Below are positions 9,678-20,880 of a stretch of DNA of 64,000 bases, piece after piece; position 1 is the stretch's first letter, and each line of letters begins with the position of its first letter. The notes below the pieces were generated by a model. The model was not told the DNA's origin. It made no database searches and saw nothing but the letters and a program-made list of their open reading frames with translations. This DNA comes from Sandaracinaceae bacterium (GTDB lineage Bacteria; Myxococcota_A; Polyangia; Polyangiales; Sandaracinaceae), in NCBI GenBank assembly GCA_044220955.1, contig JBGAQA010000007.1, positions 47,391 through 111,390 of the forward strand, read 5' to 3'. The position numbers were made by a program, and so were the translations under genes.

Positions 9678-10436
9678 TCACCAGCGCTTGAGCCAGAGCC
9701 GCCCGAGCTCCGCGAGGCTCCCGGCCATGCCGGGGATGCGCAGTTTGCTCCCGGAGACGTCACGCCACGCGAGCACGGGCACCTCGAGGAACGCGTCGTC
9801 GGGCCAGTGTGGCTCGTCTCCGAGTCGGCCCATCAGCCGTGCGATGAGCTCCACGTCGAACACCCAGCGCGAGCCGAAGGGGCGATCGAGCGCGCGATCG
9901 AGCACCTCGCCCGAGCGGAACCACTTCGCCCCGCACTGCGTGTCGTACACCGCCACGTCGATCGCGTTCGATGCGAGCGTCGCGAACACACGCCCGAGGA
10001 TGTGACGCACGGGCGATCGCTGGATATCGCTCCCGAGGCGCAGCACGCGCGAGCCCAGCACGACCTTGTGCCCGCCGGCCTCGAGGATGGAGAGCAGGCG
10101 GAGGATCTCCTCCGGCGGCGTCGCGAAGTCGGCGTCTGCGTACCCGACGATGCTCGCGCCGCGGGCGAGGCAAGTCTGCATGCCGAGCCTCACGGCCTCG
10201 GCCTTGCCGGAGTTCCTCGCCAGCCGATGCGCCGTCACGCTCGCCGCGCCGAGCTCGGCCTGCGCGCGCTCGAAGAGAGCGAAGGTTCCGTCGGTCGAGC
10301 CATCGTCCACCAGGAAGAGGTGCACGTCCGGCCGCAGCCGGTGCAGCGCGCGGAGGGCGTCGAGCGGGAGGCGGCGCTCCTCGTTGTAGCAAGGCACCAC
10401 CAGGCCGCGCGTCATCGTCGTCGTGCCGGGCGCCAT
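9678..10436 (-). CDS. GT2 glycosyltransferase, polyprenyl/dolichyl-phosphate hexose synthase-like
   Basis: VVPCYNEE, VDDGSTDGT, NSGKAEAV, YADAD, DTQCGAK, WVFDVEL. Confidence 0.9.
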   Translation of the reverse strand: MAPGTTTMTRGLVVPCYNEERRLPLDALRALHRLRPDVHLFLVDDGSTDGTFALFERAQAELGAASVTAHRLARNSGKAEAVRLGMQTCLARGASIVGYADADFATPPEEILRLLSILEAGGHKVVLGSRVLRLGSDIQRSPVRHILGRVFATLASNAIDVAVYDTQCGAKWFRSGEVLDRALDRPFGSRWVFDVELIARLMGRLGDEPHWPDDAFLEVPVLAWRDVSGSKLRIPGMAGSLAELGRLWLKRW

Positions 10437-10471
10437 GTTCCACCGACGCGTATACTCGCCGGCACACTCGG

Positions 10472-12243
10472 ATGTCGACCCGTCTTCGTGCCGCTGCGCT
10501 CGCGATCTCGGTGTCCGCCGGCTGGCTGGCCCCGGAGCGCGCGGCGGCCGCCCGAGTGCTCTTCGTGAGCGACGACGGGAGCGATCTCTCGATCGCCGAC
10601 GTGCTCCGCGGGGACGGTCACGACGTGACCAGCGTCGAGGGCGACCTCACCGGCGGCCTCAACCCCTCGTTCCACCCCGATCTCTCGGGGTACGACTGCA
10701 TCGTCTGGAGCGCTGCCGGGCTCACGACTCACTCCGACACCGTCGCGTTCGCGAACCTTCGCGACTTCGTGTCGAACGGTGGAGCCGTCTTCGTCACGGG
10801 CTACGGCGCGGTCGGCTACGGCGACATGCAAGTCATCCGCTTCCTCGGCGGTACGGGCGGCACGAGCTACAGCGGCGCTCCGCTGACCGTCGTCGATCTC
10901 GACACGGACCTCACCACCGGCATCGTCGACCTGCGAGGCGTCACGCCGCGCAACTTCGGCGCGTTCGGCTACGAGGCGCTCACCGGCCTCGGGGCCGACA
11001 CGCTCGCGATCGTGGGCGGCAGCTACACGACGGAGGGCGCGCAGTGGTCGATCCGCAACCTCGGCGACGGGCACGTCGCGTGGGTCGCCGGCATCGACGG
11101 AGTCGACCGCGAGTGGACCGACACCGCGAGCGGCCCGGACGGCGCGTTCAACGCCGCGCTCCGGAACTTCGCGGCCGCCTCGACCGGCACCGCGTCCGTG
11201 CCCGGAGCGCCGCGGATCGCGTTCAACGCCCCGTACACGGCCGTCGAGGGCGCCGCGCTCACGGTCGGCGTACGCGTGACCGATCCCGAAGGGGACACGC
11301 TGACCTACAGCTGGGACCTCGACGGAGACGGCGTCTACGGCGAGGCGTCGGGGACGCCGATGGTGGAGCTCGCCGAGGGCACCACGGACGGCCCGGGCAA
11401 TTTCGTCGTCTCGGTCGAGGCGTCGGACGGCGCGCATACCTCGCACCGCTCGCGGAGCATCGCGATCTCGAACGTGGCTCCCGCGATCACGTCGCGCGCC
11501 CCGACCACGGCCGGCATCGCGCAACACGTCCGCTACGCCCTCGTGGTCGCCGATCCGGCGGGAGCGCACGACCCGCCGGCGTTCACCCTGAGGACCGGGC
11601 CGGCGACCGCCATCGTCACGCCCGAGGGCACCTTCGACTGGACCCCGACCGAGGCCGAGATCACCGCACCCGGGACCACGCGCGCGGTGGTCGTCGACGT
11701 CGACGACGGTGACGGCGGCACGACGAGCCAGGCGTGGGCGATGACCGTGATCGACGACCACGCGCCGACGGATCCCGTCCTCCTCTACCCGGGCGCGGAC
11801 ACCCCGATCCTGATCGCGGGCGCGCACTTCGCCATCGGCAACTCGTCCGACCTCGACGGCGATGGGATCACGTACGAGCTCCAGCTCGACGCGGTCCCGT
11901 CGTTCGACTCGGCCGACCTCCAGAGCTCGGGCACCGTGACCAACGACCCGAGCGGGATCACGACGTGGGCGCCCGACGAGAGCGCGCTCCACTACGGACG
12001 CTGGTACTGGCGGGTGTCGGCCTCCGATGGTCGCGTGACCACGTCGCCGATCACCTCGAGCTTCCTCTTCGTGCCGGACCCGACGATGTTTCCCGACGTC
12101 GGTACGCCGGACGGCGGGGCCGACGGAGGCGCGCTCGGGGTCGTGCCGCGCGGCTGTGGCTGTGCCGTGGCAGCCGCTTCCCGCCCGCCCGGCGGGCTCG
12201 TCTTGACCTTGCTCGCGCTCGCGCTCGCGCGCCGCCGCCGCCG

Positions 12244-12247
<4 letters not shown>
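10472..12247 (+). CDS. Secreted multidomain surface protein (PKD/Ig-like repeats) with MYXO-CTERM-type anchor
   Basis: Signal peptide; YSWDLDGDG PKD-like motif; C-terminal GCGC, hydrophobic helix and RRRRR. Confidence 0.8.
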
Positions 12248-13786
<1,539 letters not shown>

Positions 13787-13790
13787 GGCC

Positions 13791-14213
13791 ATGGCCGACG
13801 TCCTCACCCTCGAGGTCGCCACGCCCCTCGGGCTCGCGCTCACGACGACCGCCGACAGCGTGCAGGCGCCCAGCGTGCACGGCGAGTTCGGCGTGCTGCC
13901 GGGACACCTTCCCCTGCTCGCCGCCGTCAAGCCCGGCGTGCTGCGCTATCGCCTGAGCGGCAAGACGCAGATCGCGGCGGTCAGCGCCGGCTTCGTGGAG
14001 GCCGGGCCGGACAAGGTGCTGATGCTCACGGACGCGTTCCTCGCACCGAAGGACATCGACGCCGAGGTCGTGCGAGGCGAGCTCGAGCGCGCCGAGGCCG
14101 ACCTCGCGAAATACGGGCAGGAGTACGAGGGTCGCGAGTTCGAGGAGCTGCAGCGCCGCATCGACTGGGCGCGGGCGCGCCTGGACGCGAAGGCGGAGGC
14201 TTCTCGCTCGTAG
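13791..14213 (+). CDS. atpC: F1F0 ATP synthase epsilon subunit
   Basis: LEVATP, GEFGVLPGH, AVSAGFVE; immediately after atpD. Confidence 0.95.
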   Translation: MADVLTLEVATPLGLALTTTADSVQAPSVHGEFGVLPGHLPLLAAVKPGVLRYRLSGKTQIAAVSAGFVEAGPDKVLMLTDAFLAPKDIDAEVVRGELERAEADLAKYGQEYEGREFEELQRRIDWARARLDAKAEASRS

Positions 14214-14256
14214 CGGTTGGTTTGTCGCCCGACCTGGGCCCGCCTATCCTCGCGCC

Positions 14257-15036
14257 ATGCTCCGCTCCACCCTGGTCACCTTCCTGCTCACCTTCGTCGT
14301 CGTGCTCCCCGCATGCGCGTACCCTCGGCGCGCGACGTCGCTCTCCGAGGTCCACGCGAGCGCCGGCGGACCGGGTGAGCCGTCGAACGTCTACTGGATG
14401 ACGATCGTCAGCGCGCAGGTGCCCGAGCGCAACCGCGGCAACTCGAACTGGGACGACGGCGCCGGCCGCCCCGATCCGTTCGTGCGCGTCTACCGCGACG
14501 ACCAGCTCGTCTTCGAGTCGAGCACGCAGGACGACACCATCGCTCCCGAGTGGAACCAGTCCCTTCCGCGCAACATCGAGATCCCGCCGGACTGCTCGTT
14601 CCGGCTCGAGGTCTGGGATCGCGACGCGGTCGGGGCCGACCCGATCGGTGTCTACCGCGGTCACGGCCGCCCGGGCAACGCGCTGCCCGGGGTGGACGCG
14701 CGCATCTTGCTCGAGGGCGAGTCCTATCTGACGATCCACCTCGACGAGCCCCACGCGCACCGCGGCATCGGCATCAGCGCTTTCGAGGTGCACAGCGGCG
14801 AGCTCGTGGTGGTGTCGGTCGAGGCGCACTCACCCGCGGGTCGCGCCGGTCTCGTGCCCGGCGATCGCATCGTCTCGGTCGGGGGGCGGAGCATCTCCGA
14901 GCTAGGCCAGCAGCAAGCGACGGGCGCGCTCTCGATGGCGGCCGAGCGTCACCAGGATCTCTCGGTCATCTCCGCCGGCCAGGCCCAGCCCCACGACGTC
15001 GAGCTCGATCACGGCTACGTCTGGCTCTCGATGTAG
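14257..15036 (+). CDS. Lipoprotein with C2 domain and PDZ domain
   Basis: LPAC lipobox; DPFVRV...APEWNQ...LEVWDRD...DPIG (C2); GIGI...SPAGRAGLVPGDRIVSVGG (PDZ). Confidence 0.8.
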   Translation: MLRSTLVTFLLTFVVVLPACAYPRRATSLSEVHASAGGPGEPSNVYWMTIVSAQVPERNRGNSNWDDGAGRPDPFVRVYRDDQLVFESSTQDDTIAPEWNQSLPRNIEIPPDCSFRLEVWDRDAVGADPIGVYRGHGRPGNALPGVDARILLEGESYLTIHLDEPHAHRGIGISAFEVHSGELVVVSVEAHSPAGRAGLVPGDRIVSVGGRSISELGQQQATGALSMAAERHQDLSVISAGQAQPHDVELDHGYVWLSM

Positions 15037-15039
15037 CCG

Positions 15040-15633
15040 ATGAGGCTCGCCCTCGCTGCGCTGGCCCTCGCCGTCTCCGCCGCGAGCACCGCGCACGCGC
15101 AGTACGACGCGCAGATCACCTCCCGTCTCTTCGTCGGGGGCGGCGCGGAGCTCCCCGCGCAGCGGCCGGTCGCAGCGCTCCTCGACTTCGGTGTGCGCGC
15201 CGAGCTGCTCGTGGGCGACGCGGCGGCCCAGCGCTTCCGCGTCGGCCCCGGGATCGATCTGCGTACCGCCACGTTCCGCACCTTCGAGGCCGCCGCCGGT
15301 CTCGCCGTCCTCTTGCCGCTGGGCTTCGACTTCGCCATCGAGGCGATGCTCGGCGCAGGATTCGCCGCGCGCCCGGACGGTCACGACGGCGGCGTCGGCG
15401 TGCTCACCCTACGTGCCGCGTACCAGCCCTACGATCACTTCGACTGCTACAGCCACGGCGTGGCGATCTACGGCACGGGCCGCGGGGGCCTCGACGGGCA
15501 GACCTGGGAGGTCAGCGCAGGGGTCGAGATCGACTTCGAATTCCTGCTCGCGACCCCGATCGTCTACGTGATCACGGCGCTCTCGGGCCACGACCCCGAC
15601 GAGCCATCGCAAGAAGGTACCGACACCGACTAG
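15040..15633 (+). CDS. Exported hypothetical protein, possible small beta-barrel
   Basis: Signal peptide AHA-Q; alternating beta-strand pattern. Confidence 0.6.
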   Translation: MRLALAALALAVSAASTAHAQYDAQITSRLFVGGGAELPAQRPVAALLDFGVRAELLVGDAAAQRFRVGPGIDLRTATFRTFEAAAGLAVLLPLGFDFAIEAMLGAGFAARPDGHDGGVGVLTLRAAYQPYDHFDCYSHGVAIYGTGRGGLDGQTWEVSAGVEIDFEFLLATPIVYVITALSGHDPDEPSQEGTDTD

Positions 15634-15648
15634 AATCCCGGCCCCGTC

Positions 15649-17448
15649 ATGGCCGACACGATTCCCAAGCGTTTGTTCGAACAAGCCAACAAGCAGCCGG
15701 AGCGCAGCGCGTACCTGGTGAAGGATCACGGCGTCTGGCGAGGCAAGACCTGGCGCGAGTACGCCGCCGAGGTCAGCCAGGCCACGCGCGCGTTGATCGC
15801 GCTCGGCTTCGAGCCGGGGCAGCGCCTCTGCATCCTCGGCTTCAACCGCCCCGAGTGGGTGATCCTGGATCTCGCTGCGATGTGTGCGGGGGGCGCCCCG
15901 GCGGGCATCTACACCACCTGCTCGCCCGACGAGGTGCAGTACATCGTCGCCCACGCGGAGGCGCCGCTGGTCCTCGTCGAGAACGAGGTCCAGTGGCACA
16001 AGATCGAGAAGAAGCGGACCGAGCTGCCGGGGCTGAAGTTCGTCGTGTTCATGCGCGGCACCACGCCTCCCGCCGCGCCGGAGGGGAGCCCGAAGCTGCT
16101 CGGCTGGGACGAGTTCCTCGCCCGTGGAGCCGCGACGCCGGAGAAGGAAGTCCAACGTCGCATCGACGCGCTCGAGCCGAGCGGCCTCGCTACGCTCATC
16201 TACACCTCCGGCACCACGGGTCCGCCGAAGGCCGTGATGCTGACCCACGACAACCTCGCGTGGACCGCCAAGACGCTCGCCGACGTCACGAAGATCCAGC
16301 CCGGCGGGCGAGGCCTGAGCTATCTCCCGCTCTCGCACATCGCCGAGCAGATGGCGACGATCCACGGCCCGATCACGGGCGGCAGCGCCGTCTACTTCGC
16401 GGAGTCGATCGACAAGCTCGCCGACAACCTCAAGGAGTGCCGCCCGACGCTCTTCTTCGGCGTGCCGCGCATCTGGGAGAAGTTCCACGCCGCGATCGAG
16501 GGCAAGATGAAGGCCGCCACGGGCAGCAAGGCGCGCATCGCCCGCTGGGCGCGCGGCGTCGGCGAGCAGGTCTCCGCCCTGCGCGCGCAGGGGAAGTCGC
16601 CGAGCGGCATGCTCGGGATCGAGTACCGCATCGCGAGCCGCCTCGTGTTCGCGCCGCTCAAGGAGGCGATCGGTCTCGATCAGGCCACGTGCCTGGTCTC
16701 GGGCGCCGCGCCGATCGGCAAGGAGGTGATCGCGTTCTTCGCGAGCCTCGACGTCTTCATCCAGGAGATCTACGGCCAGAGCGAGGACACCGGTCCGACG
16801 TCGTTCAACCTCGACGGGCGAACGCGCATCGGGTCGGTCGGTCCGATGCTCGAGGGTGTGACGGTGAGGATCGCGGACGACGGTGAGATCCTCGTGAAGG
16901 GTCGCAACGTGTTCGCGGGGTACTTCAAGGACGAGGCGGCGACGCGCGAGACCCTCACCGAGGACGGCTGGCTCCGGTCGGGCGACCTCGGCCGCATCGA
17001 CGAGGACGGTTTCCTGCACATCACGGGCCGGAAGAAGGAGATCATCATCACGGCCGGCGGCAAGAACATCACACCGAAGAACATCGAGGAGCTCGTGAAG
17101 CGCTGTCCGCTGGTCGCCGAGGCCGTCGTCATCGGCGACCGCCGGAAGTTCCTGAGCGCGCTCGTGTGGCTCGAGCCCGATACGACCAAGAAGTGGATGG
17201 CCGACCGTGGCGCGACCGGAGATCCGGCGACCAACACCGACGTGCGTGCCGAGATCCAGCGGGCGATCGACGCGGCCAACGAGACGCTCGCCAAGGTCGA
17301 GCAGGTGAAGAAGTTCGCCATCGGCTCGCGGCCGCTCTCGATCGAGACCGGCGAGCTGACGCCGACCCTCAAGGTGAAGCGCAACAAAGTCGCCGCGGCG
17401 TTCGCCTCGCAGATCGACGCGATGTACGACGGAGCCGGCGCGGACTGA
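15649..17448 (+). CDS. Long-chain fatty acid-CoA ligase
   Basis: YTSGTTGPPKAV, YGQSE, SGDLG, ITGRKKEIIITAGGKNI, ELTPTLK. Confidence 0.93.
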   Translation: MADTIPKRLFEQANKQPERSAYLVKDHGVWRGKTWREYAAEVSQATRALIALGFEPGQRLCILGFNRPEWVILDLAAMCAGGAPAGIYTTCSPDEVQYIVAHAEAPLVLVENEVQWHKIEKKRTELPGLKFVVFMRGTTPPAAPEGSPKLLGWDEFLARGAATPEKEVQRRIDALEPSGLATLIYTSGTTGPPKAVMLTHDNLAWTAKTLADVTKIQPGGRGLSYLPLSHIAEQMATIHGPITGGSAVYFAESIDKLADNLKECRPTLFFGVPRIWEKFHAAIEGKMKAATGSKARIARWARGVGEQVSALRAQGKSPSGMLGIEYRIASRLVFAPLKEAIGLDQATCLVSGAAPIGKEVIAFFASLDVFIQEIYGQSEDTGPTSFNLDGRTRIGSVGPMLEGVTVRIADDGEILVKGRNVFAGYFKDEAATRETLTEDGWLRSGDLGRIDEDGFLHITGRKKEIIITAGGKNITPKNIEELVKRCPLVAEAVVIGDRRKFLSALVWLEPDTTKKWMADRGATGDPATNTDVRAEIQRAIDAANETLAKVEQVKKFAIGSRPLSIETGELTPTLKVKRNKVAAAFASQIDAMYDGAGAD

Positions 17449-17464
17449 CGCCGCGGCGTGTCCT

Positions 17465-18388
17465 TCACCTCGGCAGGGTGGCGATCTGCTTGAGCAGCAG
17501 GTTCTCGAGGTAGGGCGCACCGTCCCGGCCGACCCGTGCGGCGTGGCGGATCTGCTCGGCGGACCGCGCCCCGACGACGGCGCTCGTGACGAACGGGTTG
17601 GCGAGCACCACCCGCAGCGCGAGGTCGGCGACGTCTCCGTCCTTCGCCATGCTCCTGAGCGTCTCGACCCTCTCGAGACGCTTGCCGAGCGCTTCGCGAG
17701 TCCAGCGCTCGCGGCGGTGGTCGTCCTCGGCGAACGTCGCGTCGGGCTTCAGACGCCCACCCAAGACGCCGTATGCGAGCGGCGAGCGCGCGAGCACTCC
17801 TACCCCCTGCTCCTTGATCATCGGCATCAGCTCCTCGACGTCGTCGGGGGCGAGCACGTTGAAGGGCATGCAGAGCACCTGTGCGCCGACCTTCATCGCG
17901 ATGCGCGCGCAGCTCGCGGAGCTCGTGCTCACGCCCCAGGCGCGGACCTTGCCGCTCGCGATCGCGTGGCCCATGCCGCGGGAGAAGCGATCGCTCTGCA
18001 GCGCCACCTCGGGCGGGTCGTGCAGGAGCACGACGTCGACGAAGTCGCGTCCGAGACGCTCGAGGCTCAGCTCGATCGCTCCGGCGATCGCGATCGCGTC
18101 GAATTGCGCCATCACGCGGTCGCCGCTCTCGACCTGCCCCACACGGGTCACGAGGACCGCGTCCGCCAGGTTCTTCCCGAGCGCCTTCGCCGTCACGGTC
18201 TCGCTCGCCCCGTGACCCCAGAGCGGGGCGAGGTCGTAGGTCGTGACCCCGGCCTCCCATGCAGCCCGCACCGTGTCCTCGAAGCGCTCTTCGCGCACCG
18301 GCCCGTACGCTCCGCTCGCGAGACCCCACGTGCCGAGCGCGATCTCGGACACCCGCACCTCCGTGCGACCCAGGTAGCGCGTCTGCAT
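17465..18388 (-). CDS. Aldo/keto reductase family protein
   Basis: VSEIALGTWG, SLERLGRDFVDVVLLH, ARSPLAYGVL; catalytic Tyr/Lys positions look substituted (APLWG, VTRVG). Confidence 0.85.
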   Translation of the reverse strand: MQTRYLGRTEVRVSEIALGTWGLASGAYGPVREERFEDTVRAAWEAGVTTYDLAPLWGHGASETVTAKALGKNLADAVLVTRVGQVESGDRVMAQFDAIAIAGAIELSLERLGRDFVDVVLLHDPPEVALQSDRFSRGMGHAIASGKVRAWGVSTSSASCARIAMKVGAQVLCMPFNVLAPDDVEELMPMIKEQGVGVLARSPLAYGVLGGRLKPDATFAEDDHRRERWTREALGKRLERVETLRSMAKDGDVADLALRVVLANPFVTSAVVGARSAEQIRHAARVGRDGAPYLENLLLKQIATLPR

Positions 18389-18447
18389 GGGGCCTCGTGT
18401 CTGTCTGACCGTGCGCGCTGGCGCAAGTCGGACTAAGGCTCCGGCCC

Positions 18448-19797
18448 GTGTCCCCCGATCTGCCGGGCTTGCTCTCGTGCCATTCGGCCGATGCGCTCGT
18501 CGCGACCGGCTCGGTGCCGCGCACGGCCCGCGAGCTGCTGCGCGACGTCGAGGCGATCGCGCGGGCCCTGCCGGCGGACATCGCGGGGCGTGAGGTCGTG
18601 CTCGTCGCGGAGGACCGGTATCTCTTCGCCGCGGCGCTCGTCGCGTGCACGTTGCGCGGCGCGATCGCGGCGCTGCCGCCCAGCGCCCAGCCGGAGATGA
18701 TCGTCGAGATGCGGTATCGCGAGAACGTCGCGACCGTCTTGCACGACCGGCCCGGAATGCTCGGTATCGACCTCGGCGCCATCGTCCACGACGTGGCGGG
18801 CGCGCCTTGTCCGTCGTTCGTGCCGCTGCCGCCGCTCGATGCCCGCCTCGCGATCGTCGACGTCTACACCAGCGGCACCACCGGAACGCCGATGCGCTGC
18901 CCGAAGACGGCGGGCCAGCTCGTCCGAGAAGCGGGCGTTCTACGCTCGATGTTCGGCATCGCGCCCGGGACCGCGATCCTCGCGACCGTGCCGCCCCACC
19001 ACGTCTACGGCCTGCTCTTCGGCGTGCTCCTACCGCTCGTCTCCGGCGCTTCGTTCACACGCGAGACGGTGCTGCACGGTGAGCCGCTCGCGGCGCTCGC
19101 CCGCCGCGATCGCGCGCGCGTGCTCGTCAGCGTCCCGGCGCACCTGCGCGCGCTCCGCTCGCTCGATCCCGGGTCGATGCCGCCGCTCGATCGCGTGTTC
19201 TCGTCCGGCGCTCCGCTCCCGCGCGAGACCTACGACGATCTCGCGGCGCGCTTCGGCTGGAGGGTGATCTCGGCCTACGGCAGCTCGGAGACGGGAGGCA
19301 TCGGCTACCGTGATCACCCCGACGCCCCCTGGACGCTCTTCACGGGAGTGCGCATCGAGATCGGAGACGACGAGCGCCTGCTCGTCGACTCGCCATTCGT
19401 CGACCCCGCGGCGGCGCGGCCGTTCGCGACCGGCGATCGCGTCGAGCGATCTGGCGAGCGGGGCTTCCGGCTCCTCGGGCGCGTCGACGGCGTGCTGAAG
19501 ATCGGGGGCACTCGCGTGTCGGTGGCCGAGCTCGAGCATCGCCTGCTGGCCGTGCCCGGCATCGAGGATGCAGCCATCCTCCCCGTCGAGGTCGGCGGGC
19601 CACGCGGCACCGAGGTCTGGGCGGTCGTCGTGTCGAAGGTCCACCGCGACGCGCAGAGCGTCCGCGCTGCGCTGCTTCCGCACCTCGAGCCCGTCGTTCT
19701 TCCTCGCCGAGTCCGCGTGGTCGCCGCCCTGCCTCGCGACGGGAGCGGGAAGCTCCGTCGCGCGGATCTGCGCGCGCTCTTCGACTCGAGGCGGTGA
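18448..19797 (+). CDS. AMP-binding (ANL) acyl-activating enzyme
   Basis: YTSGTTGTP, TVPPHHVYGL, AYGSSETGG, TGD, GRVD. Confidence 0.85.
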   Translation: MSPDLPGLLSCHSADALVATGSVPRTARELLRDVEAIARALPADIAGREVVLVAEDRYLFAAALVACTLRGAIAALPPSAQPEMIVEMRYRENVATVLHDRPGMLGIDLGAIVHDVAGAPCPSFVPLPPLDARLAIVDVYTSGTTGTPMRCPKTAGQLVREAGVLRSMFGIAPGTAILATVPPHHVYGLLFGVLLPLVSGASFTRETVLHGEPLAALARRDRARVLVSVPAHLRALRSLDPGSMPPLDRVFSSGAPLPRETYDDLAARFGWRVISAYGSSETGGIGYRDHPDAPWTLFTGVRIEIGDDERLLVDSPFVDPAAARPFATGDRVERSGERGFRLLGRVDGVLKIGGTRVSVAELEHRLLAVPGIEDAAILPVEVGGPRGTEVWAVVVSKVHRDAQSVRAALLPHLEPVVLPRRVRVVAALPRDGSGKLRRADLRALFDSRR

Positions 19798-19841
19798 CGC
19801 CGCCATGTAGCCGACGAGCGCCGCCGTCGCGACCCGCGGCC

Positions 19842-19857
19842 GTCACATGCATGTCAC
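19842..19857 (+). promoter_or_regulatory. Putative Pho box (GTCAC direct repeat, 11-bp period)
   Basis: GTCAC at 19842 and 19853, upstream of the DUF2490-pst cluster. Confidence 0.55.
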
Positions 19858-20006
19858 GCAGAGCCCCCGTGGCGTGACGCGTCCGTGATGCAAATGGCCG
19901 AATTGTCACCCGAACACAGGCCCTGTCGCCCTCGGTGACGAAGTTCCCTTCCTGTCGCACGCGTACGTGACGACGGCTGCTAAACGGTGCCGCGACGGAG
20001 ACACCG

Positions 20007-20810
20007 ATGCGTCACGCGTTCGCCCTCGTCATCGTGCTCGTGCTCGGACTCGCGCACGCACCCTCGCCCGCATCGGCGCAGTCGCAGGACTTCACGCACG
20101 ACGGGCGCATCTGGACGGCCTTCAACTTCCAGGGGCCGATCGTCGGTGACCTGTTCTTCATCGGCGACCTCGGCTGGCGGATGTACCTCGGGGACATCGC
20201 CCCGATGACCCCGCAGCAGCCGATCGCCCGGGGCGCTCTCGCCTGGCGCTTCTTCAGCCAGCCCGAGCTCGGCACGATGTACGCCGCCCTCGGGTACGCG
20301 TGGCAGCCGAACTGGGGGCGCCCGGGCCTCGTCGGCTTCACGGACGAGCACCGAACGTACGCCGCGTTTCACTGGGACTACACCCACCAGGAGACGGGGA
20401 TCCGCCTCTCGTTCCGGTTCCGCGTCGAAGCGCGCTTCCGCCACCCCGATCAGGGCCTCGAGGTCGGCGTTCGGTTCCGCGAGCAGGCGCGCTTGCTCGT
20501 CCCGCTCGAGAACAGCCGCGTGCTCTTCCTGGTGTTCTGGGACGAGCTCTTCGAGAACCCGCACGACAGCGGTCACACCGCGTACACGGGCGTTTCGATG
20601 GGCATGCAGACCACGCTCTACACCTCGACGTGGCAGAACGCCGGCTTCGACCAGAACCGCGCCTTCCTCGGCCTCGGCGTGCAGGTCATCCCGAGCGTCT
20701 TCCGGGTCGAGGCGGGCTACCTGAACCAGTGGGTGCGCCGCCCGGCCAACACGGCCGGCGACGCGATGAACCACGTGTTCATGCTCCAGACGTATGTGAA
20801 CTGGAGCTGA
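20007..20810 (+). CDS. DUF2490-like outer-membrane beta-barrel protein
   Basis: Signal peptide; DEHR, RFRVEAR, RFR, WDELF, FDQNRAFLGLG, EAGYLNQ; aromatic C-terminus. Confidence 0.75.
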   Translation: MRHAFALVIVLVLGLAHAPSPASAQSQDFTHDGRIWTAFNFQGPIVGDLFFIGDLGWRMYLGDIAPMTPQQPIARGALAWRFFSQPELGTMYAALGYAWQPNWGRPGLVGFTDEHRTYAAFHWDYTHQETGIRLSFRFRVEARFRHPDQGLEVGVRFREQARLLVPLENSRVLFLVFWDELFENPHDSGHTAYTGVSMGMQTTLYTSTWQNAGFDQNRAFLGLGVQVIPSVFRVEAGYLNQWVRRPANTAGDAMNHVFMLQTYVNWS

Positions 20811-20818
20811 ACCGCGAA

Positions 20819-20834
20819 GTCACGAGCGCGTCAC
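20819..20834 (+). promoter_or_regulatory. Putative Pho box upstream of pstS
   Basis: GTCAC at 20819 and 20830 (11-bp period). Confidence 0.6.
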
Positions 20835-20880
20835 GCGAGCGCGATATGTCCCGGCACAGCCGAGCGAGGAGCGAGTAGCG

